Origin: Mustelus asterias
Taxonomy: Eukaryota
Direction of reading: 5' to 3'
Length of the DNA: 64,000 nucleotides
Assembly (NCBI RefSeq): GCF_964213995.1
Contig: NC_135804.1
Location: forward strand, 95,542,001-95,606,000
How positions within the stretch are numbered: position 1 is the first letter of the stretch; each line of letters begins with the position of its first letter. Under the pieces are notes generated by a model. That model saw only the letters and a list, made by a program, of their open reading frames with translations, did not search any database and had not been told where the DNA came from. Positions 57,410 to 64,000 of this stretch are shown here, one piece after another. The translations under genes and the position numbers were made by a program.

Positions 57410-60400
57410 GTACAGTAGAGTAATAAGAGATCTTAATGTTTTAACATGACATGTGGCATTTGGAAAATTCACGTTCTGTAATGTTGGAATTCTGTTTTTA
57501 AAGCATTTTCCATGACCTTTCCCAACTGCTCCTTCCAAATCACAAAGCCCACGCACATTTCTTTCAATCTCGACACTTATAAAAGGAGACATCGAATCCT
57601 CGAAAGCAGCTTAGTTATTTTGTTTTCCACTCCTTTAATTATATTAAGTCGGTTTTCCCTTTGGCCTACAAGTTTCCTAAAAGACAAGGTGAACATTTTC
57701 ATCACATTACAGGCAATGACCGAACTGTTTCATTACAATCTCTGTTTTGTTAAAAGTTTCCTTCAGTTAAACTTTACTTCCATGTGTGGTAAATCTAACG
57801 TGATTTTAAACATTCTGATTGACAATTCAAATGGAAAACATCTCCACTTGGAACCCAAGGTTGTTTTCCTTATTTGTGTTTTAAACACCTTTACTATCCT
57901 GATAAAATGTGTGTTCAACATCTGAACCATTCAACCAATGTGGTCTTGCTGTTCACTAAAATTGCTTGTGCTGTTGCTAGAATTATTTAAATATGTGTTT
58001 TAGGCTGAGTATTTTATTTAAAGAGGTTTGCTGATTATTTATTCACTTTATAAATGAAAATAGCATGTGTTATGAAGGGAGCAGTGTGATTATAGATTGT
58101 GTTTAAAAATTTGGTATTTTGCAATAGGCCAGTAGTTACATTTAAACCTGTTTCTTAATCTGAATGCAGGACATGATGGATTTTAGACTAGATTTTTTGC
58201 TTGTCTTTGTTATTGTTGAGTTAAATGTATCTGTCATTTGTACATCTTAAACAAGATTGGCCAATACATAACGGAGTGTGGATCAGATCTGCAATATTTT
58301 GGTCATTATGGCTGAATTGGAATGGCATCTTTGGAAGCAATTGTAGCACTCACACTGGAGGGTTGGTTCAGATTAGTTTATTTTGAAATAAGATGAATAT
58401 TGAAGTTGTGATCATCCTGGCTTGTGGTTTTGCATTTTTACGAAGTGTATATTCTGATCTCAGTTTGGCAGATGATAAGGGCAACAACAATTGGAGGGTA
58501 AAGGCAGCACACTATGGAAACATTAAAAATATTCCCAGGTTTTATTCCAACTGCAATCACCTGCAAACGCACAATCTATGTGCATATGTGAGGAACCAAT
58601 AGACCTATATTCTAAGACTTGTGCCCCTTGCAAGAATTGGAAGAGAAGAAAAAATGGCAAGTAATAATTAAAATATAGATAATATGTGTACAGGCAAGGG
58701 ACAGAAGTTTCTGTGAATAGTTAATCTCTATTTTAGTTCTTGGCTGTTAGTCAAAATAAAGTTGCTCAACCTGGGTGCTGTGTGGTATATGGAAGGAGAG
58801 TACAGCATTTAACATTTTGAGAGTATCTATTGGGGGAAGAAAATGCAATTTATGGTGCTATGTCTAATATTGTCTCGTGCATTAGCTACATGTAATTAAT
58901 TGGAAATCTAGATATAGCTAATTGTATTTTTAATTAGTAAATAAAAAGAGTTATGGACACCCTCCGGAAGTCTATGATCTCAATACTGTCACACTTCTAT
59001 CCATATGGTAAAATGGTAGTACAAAAGGCAGAGTGCACAAGCTTTTGTTTCCATCCTTTACTATCTTAGTTATTGAATGGTGCACATGTTAAGTATATGT
59101 ACACATCAATTAAATTCACCTCTTTCAGCATTTGCCAAGCATTTCCTTCTGAAATTTCTGGATGTTGGTAAAAGAAAGTGTCACTGTAGCCACACCTGTA
59201 GTTAGCCAGCCATTTCTATTAGACAACACTGCCTTGTCCTAGATACATTAAAAATATGATAAATATGGTATCTCAGAAGAGAATTGCCCCATTTAGTGCA
59301 TTGAAGTAGAGTACTGAAGGTGTCATGTCAGGTGTCTCGGCTACAAAAATAATTTTAGTGGATACCTTTGAGATGTTGAGATTGGATTGGCATCCCTGCT
59401 TGATCCTGGATATCAAACTCAGAGCACTAATTCAATTTGAAAATATTTTGCAGCAAGTAAAATGTGAGACCAAATGGTGATCATTTCCGTTATGCCATGA
59501 TTGGTACTCCTGCAAAGGAATGGATGTTGATTCCTGCTCCAAATGAGGAGTTGTCTGCAGCATCAGTTGTTGAGTGGTCTTCGCAAAATGACTGTTAAAT
59601 GCACTCCCTAGTGTGGGACTGAACTATAGGGTCAGGTGTTTCTCAGTTTGTGCTGATTGGGAGAAAGGACAACTAAATTGGTATTGGAATTTTATTTGGT
59701 GTGGATGGAAATCAACTTGCATTCAGAATTTGATTGTACACTTTGTAGAAGCAGGTATGAGCTTTTGGATTTGACTTGTTGGCAGATTCCTCCCTCTCTA
59801 CTGATAAGTAGCCTGATAAATTATGGCTACTTGAGCAAAATACTGGTGTGTGTAGAATTGTATTCCAGCATGATTCAGAACCTTGTGGGTAAAGGAAAAG
59901 AGCAGCCTATGAAAGCAATTAACTGAATATGTTGCTTTGGGACCTACTTTGGTCTCCTATTGACTGCGTTCTCACTGTAGAGATTGGGAAATTCCTTTGA
60001 GGAGAAATGTTTTGAGCCACATATATAATACTTGGATGAGTTGTACTGGTGGAAGCAGTTTAAGATTGTGAACTAAGAATATCAGTCTATAATTTGAATA
60101 TGACTTTATATTCAAGATGAAAAGTACACTGAAGAAAGTAGCAGCCTATATCAGTGTTGCATCCTTCTCTCATTCTGTACCTTGGCTGATTCAATGTAAA
60201 TTTGTGTTCCCATCTGTGAAGTGTGTGCAGAATAAGACAATTGTCATTATTATGGGTGTTGAAACTCTTCAGCTAAGGTAGGGAACTAAAAGTTTAAAAT
60301 TGTTAACAGTAATTCCTTTTGCACTTCATAGAGAACTGCCCCTACAGTTTCAGTCAACAATTAAGGCAGATCATCATGACTTGAAATTTGAGTCAAATTC

Positions 60401-60889
60401 TACCTTTAACTTTTACTTCCTTGGGTGGTGAGATTTTTCTCAGGGGATCAATGGAAAGTACAGGATCAGAGTAGACCCTGAAGTTCAGCAAACTCTGCTT
60501 CCAAGAACAAACTCAAACACTCACTGCTTCCAATATCGAACCAATTCAACATGTTTTTCATGAATTTTTCAACATGAATTACTGTGTCTGTAATACCTCC
60601 ATTCTACATAACGAAAGTGGAAGATAAAGGCAGAATTTGTCTTGAGATATGAATCCAGTACATATTTGGCTGTGAAGCACCTTCGATGCCCTAAGTTTGT
60701 GAACGGTTCCACAGGCCCCATTGATTGTAGCAGAGTGTTCATGCAATATCTGGCCAGTGTATGATGTAAATGTAAGGATCTTTAATCATTAAAAGCTTTT
60801 TTTTAAACTAAAGGAGCAGTTCTTACAGAATAGCATCTCAAATCTGTGGTGCTGATTCCTGCCCCTTCCCAGAGTAACATGAGACAAAT

Positions 60890-63380
60890 GTTGAGATATC
60901 TGACTTCTACCGTAAATCTTTTTTTTTCCTTGAATAAAGTGACCAATACTGTACACAGTACTCTAGATGTGATCGCACAAATGCCCTGTACAGCTGAAGC
61001 ATATCCTCAGAATCACAGAAATGTTACGGCACAGCAGGAGGCCATTTGTTCCATCATGTCTGTACCGGTTCTCCAAATGAGCATTATGGCTTCGTGCCAC
61101 CCCCTGCCTTTTCCCCATATTCCTGCACATTGTTTCTGTTTAAGTAATTATCTAATGTCCTCTTGAATACCTTGATTGAATCAATGTCCACTACACTTCC
61201 ACGCAGTGCATTCCAGATCCAAACCACTCGTTGTGTGGAACCAATTTTCTCTCGTATCATGTTTGCTTCTTTTGCAACTCACCTTAAATCTGTGCCATCT
61301 TGTTCTTGAGGCTTTTACGAGCAGGAACAGTTTCTCTCTAGCCCCGTTGTGATTTTGACCACCTATCAAATCTCCTCTTAGCGTTCTCCTCGCCACTCTA
61401 TCCTTATAACTGGAGCTTCTCATCCCTGCAACCATTCTTGTAAGCCTCTTTTGCATGCTCCAATGTGTTTGCACTTTCCTATAGTGTGGCACCCAGAACC
61501 GTACAACACAGGTCCCACTAGTTTCTTCTGTAAGTTCAACATAACCTCCTTGCTATTGTACTCTATGCCCCTATTAATAAAGCACAGAGCATTATATGCT
61601 TTATTAACTGCTCTCTCCATCTGTCCTGCCATTTTCAGTGATTTATGCACATGTACATCCTCTCTGCTCCTGCACCCTTTTCAGAATTTTACCATTTACT
61701 ATATATTGTCTCATGTTCTTCCCACAAAAATGCGTCAACTCACACTTGTCCGCATCAAACTTCATCTGCCACCTATCTGCCCACTCCACCTTGTCTGTCC
61801 TTCTAAAATTCTGCACTGTGCTCTTCACAGCTTACAATACTTCCAAGTTTTGTGTCATCTGCACACTAAAATTGTCCCCTGCACAGCAAGGTCTATATCA
61901 TTGATATATATCAGGAAAAGCAAAGGTCCCAATACCAATCACTCGGGAACACCACTACAAACTTTACTCTAGCCTGAAAAATTTCCCCTTCCACTATCTG
62001 ATGCTGCTACACCAGGGATCCAAAATCTGCTACTGGATGTTGTGAACAGGAATTTCTGATCTACAAAAACTGTTACCGACAGCATGCAGAAACAGTCTAA
62101 AATCTTTGGAGCAACAGATAAAGGGATTCTTGAAGAACAATATGACTATGAATTTGTCGGGGGCGGGGAGGAATCAGAACAGTGCACTCAATGTGATGTG
62201 GGAAGGTAAATTAATTGTTATTAACTTAGGGATTTCCATTTCAAAGTATGTTCCCTTAAAAAGGAAATGTAAGGCAAGCAAATCCTGAGCTCCCTGGATG
62301 AAAAGGGAGATAGAAATTAAGATAAGGAAGAAAAAAATGTGCTTATGACAGGTATCAGATAGAAAATACAGATGAGAAACACTGACCATTACACTCTACT
62401 TCCCATTATTCAGCAAATTTTGTATCCATATTGCTTTGTCCCTTCTATCCCATGAGCTATAACTTTTCTCAAGTCTGTGTCGCGCTGTATTGAATGCCTT
62501 CTAAAATTTCAAGTACACCACATTAACTGAATTACCTGCATCAACCCTTTCTATTACCTCTTCAAAAAAAAACTCCCAAGTTAGTTGAACACTATTTGCT
62601 CTTTAGAAATCCATGCTGGCTCTTAATCATCCCACATTCTTCCATGCAAGACTACTATCACGAATAATTGTTTCAAGAAGCTTGCCCACTGCTAATGTTA
62701 AACCGACTGGCCTGTAACTGCTGGGGCTAGTCTTACAATCTTTTTTGAACAAGGGTGTGACTTTTGTGTTCTCCAGACCTTTGGCACCACCCCTTAATCT
62801 AGAGTAGATTATTGTCATCACCCCTGCAATTTCCATTCTCGCTTCCTTCAATATCCTAGGGTGAATCTCATTGGTCCCAGTGCCTTGTCAACTTTCAATA
62901 GCGACAGTCTATTCCACACTTCATTAATTTTGAACCCTTCCAGGGTCAGAATGTTTTCGAATGTCAACATGTCCTGGATAACATCTACCTGCTTGGTAGA
63001 GATGGATACAAAGTATTAATTTACTACTTCAGGCATGCTCCTTATCTCCATATGTGAATCCTCTTTTAGGTCCCTAGTCGACCCGACTCGTTTCATCACC
63101 CTTTTGCTATTTAAATGCCGATGGAATACTTCGGGATTCCTCTTCATGTTGGCTGCACATCTTTCCCCATAATGCCTCTTTGTTTCTCTAATTTTCACCT
63201 CCCCTCTGAACCTTTTGTATTGCTCTTGCTTCTCATCCGTATTTTCTATCTGATACCTGTCATAAGCACATTTTTTTCTTCCTTATCTTAATTTCTATCT
63301 CCTTTTTCATCCAGGGAGTTCAGGATTTGCTTGCCTTACATTTCCTTTTTAAGGGAACATACCTTGAAATGGAAATCCCT
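60890..63380 (-). mobile_element. Old degenerate CR1 LINE in CUL4B intron 1
   Basis: Eroded motifs EWADRWQMKFDADKCEL, VTPLFKK..SYRPVGLT, RTLRGDLI. Confidence 0.75.
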
Positions 63381-63669
63381 AAGTTAATAGCACCATTAAT
63401 TTAGCTTTCCACATCACATTGAGTGCACTGTTCTGATTCTCCAACCACCCCGCTCCTCCTCCTCCTCCTCCTCCACCCCCCCCCCCCCCCCCCCCAAATT
63501 CATAGTCGTATTGTTCTTCAAGAATCCCTCTATCTGTTGCTCCAAAGATTTTAGACTGTTTCCGCATGCTGTTGGCAACAGTTTTTGTAGATCAGAAATT
63601 CCTGTGCATAACATGCAGTAGCAGACTTTGGATCCCTGTCGTAGCAGCATCAGATAGTGGAAGGGGAAA
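61982..63669. repeat. Long inverted repeat, arms 61982-62381 and 63227-63669
   Basis: Arms are reverse complements at roughly 90% identity by eye; ~845 bp spacer; the right arm has an extra (CCT)n/poly-C tract. Confidence 0.92.
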
Positions 63670-64000
63670 ATTGAAGAGCCCCATTGACTTTTAATTCAAG
63701 AATGTAGACAGACATTACATTTGAAATATAGGTAGCTACGATGAATACAGAACTGGATGTAAGTGTATTGGTCGCTTTGCATCTCTGTAAGGTCTTCGTT
63801 AACATTTATTAAGAGTGGATTTGGGAGTAAAGTTAGATGGAATGAAAGAAAAGACCAAACTTCAGCTTATGTACAATTCACTTAAAACAATCCATGTTAA
63901 CAAACAGACAATTGCTTAGATGAGTCAAAATAGTATAGCTATTATTTCCGTGCATCAATGTCTCTTTCAAAGTTACCAGTTATGTCTGGAGAGTGCACTT

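Noticed and set aside
57410-64000. CUL4B exon 2 (expected DKPKLPENY-like)
   Set aside because: No matching exon found by eye; AAAGACCAAACTT near 63850 does not continue in frame. It presumably lies beyond the window.

Overview
This is eukaryotic genomic DNA from a cartilaginous fish, almost certainly an elasmobranch shark, judged from abundant HE1/V-SINE-type SINEs and CR1 LINEs. It holds three protein-coding genes in the same order and orientation as human Xq24: C1GALT1C1/Cosmc (+, single coding exon, 318 aa), MCTS1 (-, six coding exons reconstructed to a complete 181 aa protein, with a U12-type minor-spliceosome intron 4) and the first coding exon of CUL4B (+, the rest lies beyond the window). 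Most remaining sequence is transposon-derived: CR1, Rex1/Babar, RTE and L1 LINE fragments, SINEs and MITE-like elements. The most notable observations are: (1) a young full-length Gypsy LTR retrotransposon (42653-47403, CCGGG target-site duplication) with no tRNA primer-binding site, whose leader instead pairs 14/15 nt with its own LTR across the poly(A) signal, and whose RT has YLDN in place of YxDD; (2) several Penelope-type minimal hammerhead ribozymes, one with a compensatory stem change, lying sense within MCTS1 intron 3; (3) a decayed GalEa-like Copia element with a tRNA-iMet PBS; (4) a ~400 bp inverted duplication in CUL4B intron 1. No wholly new protein system is demonstrable from the sequence alone. 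TE boundaries are approximate unless stated as exact.
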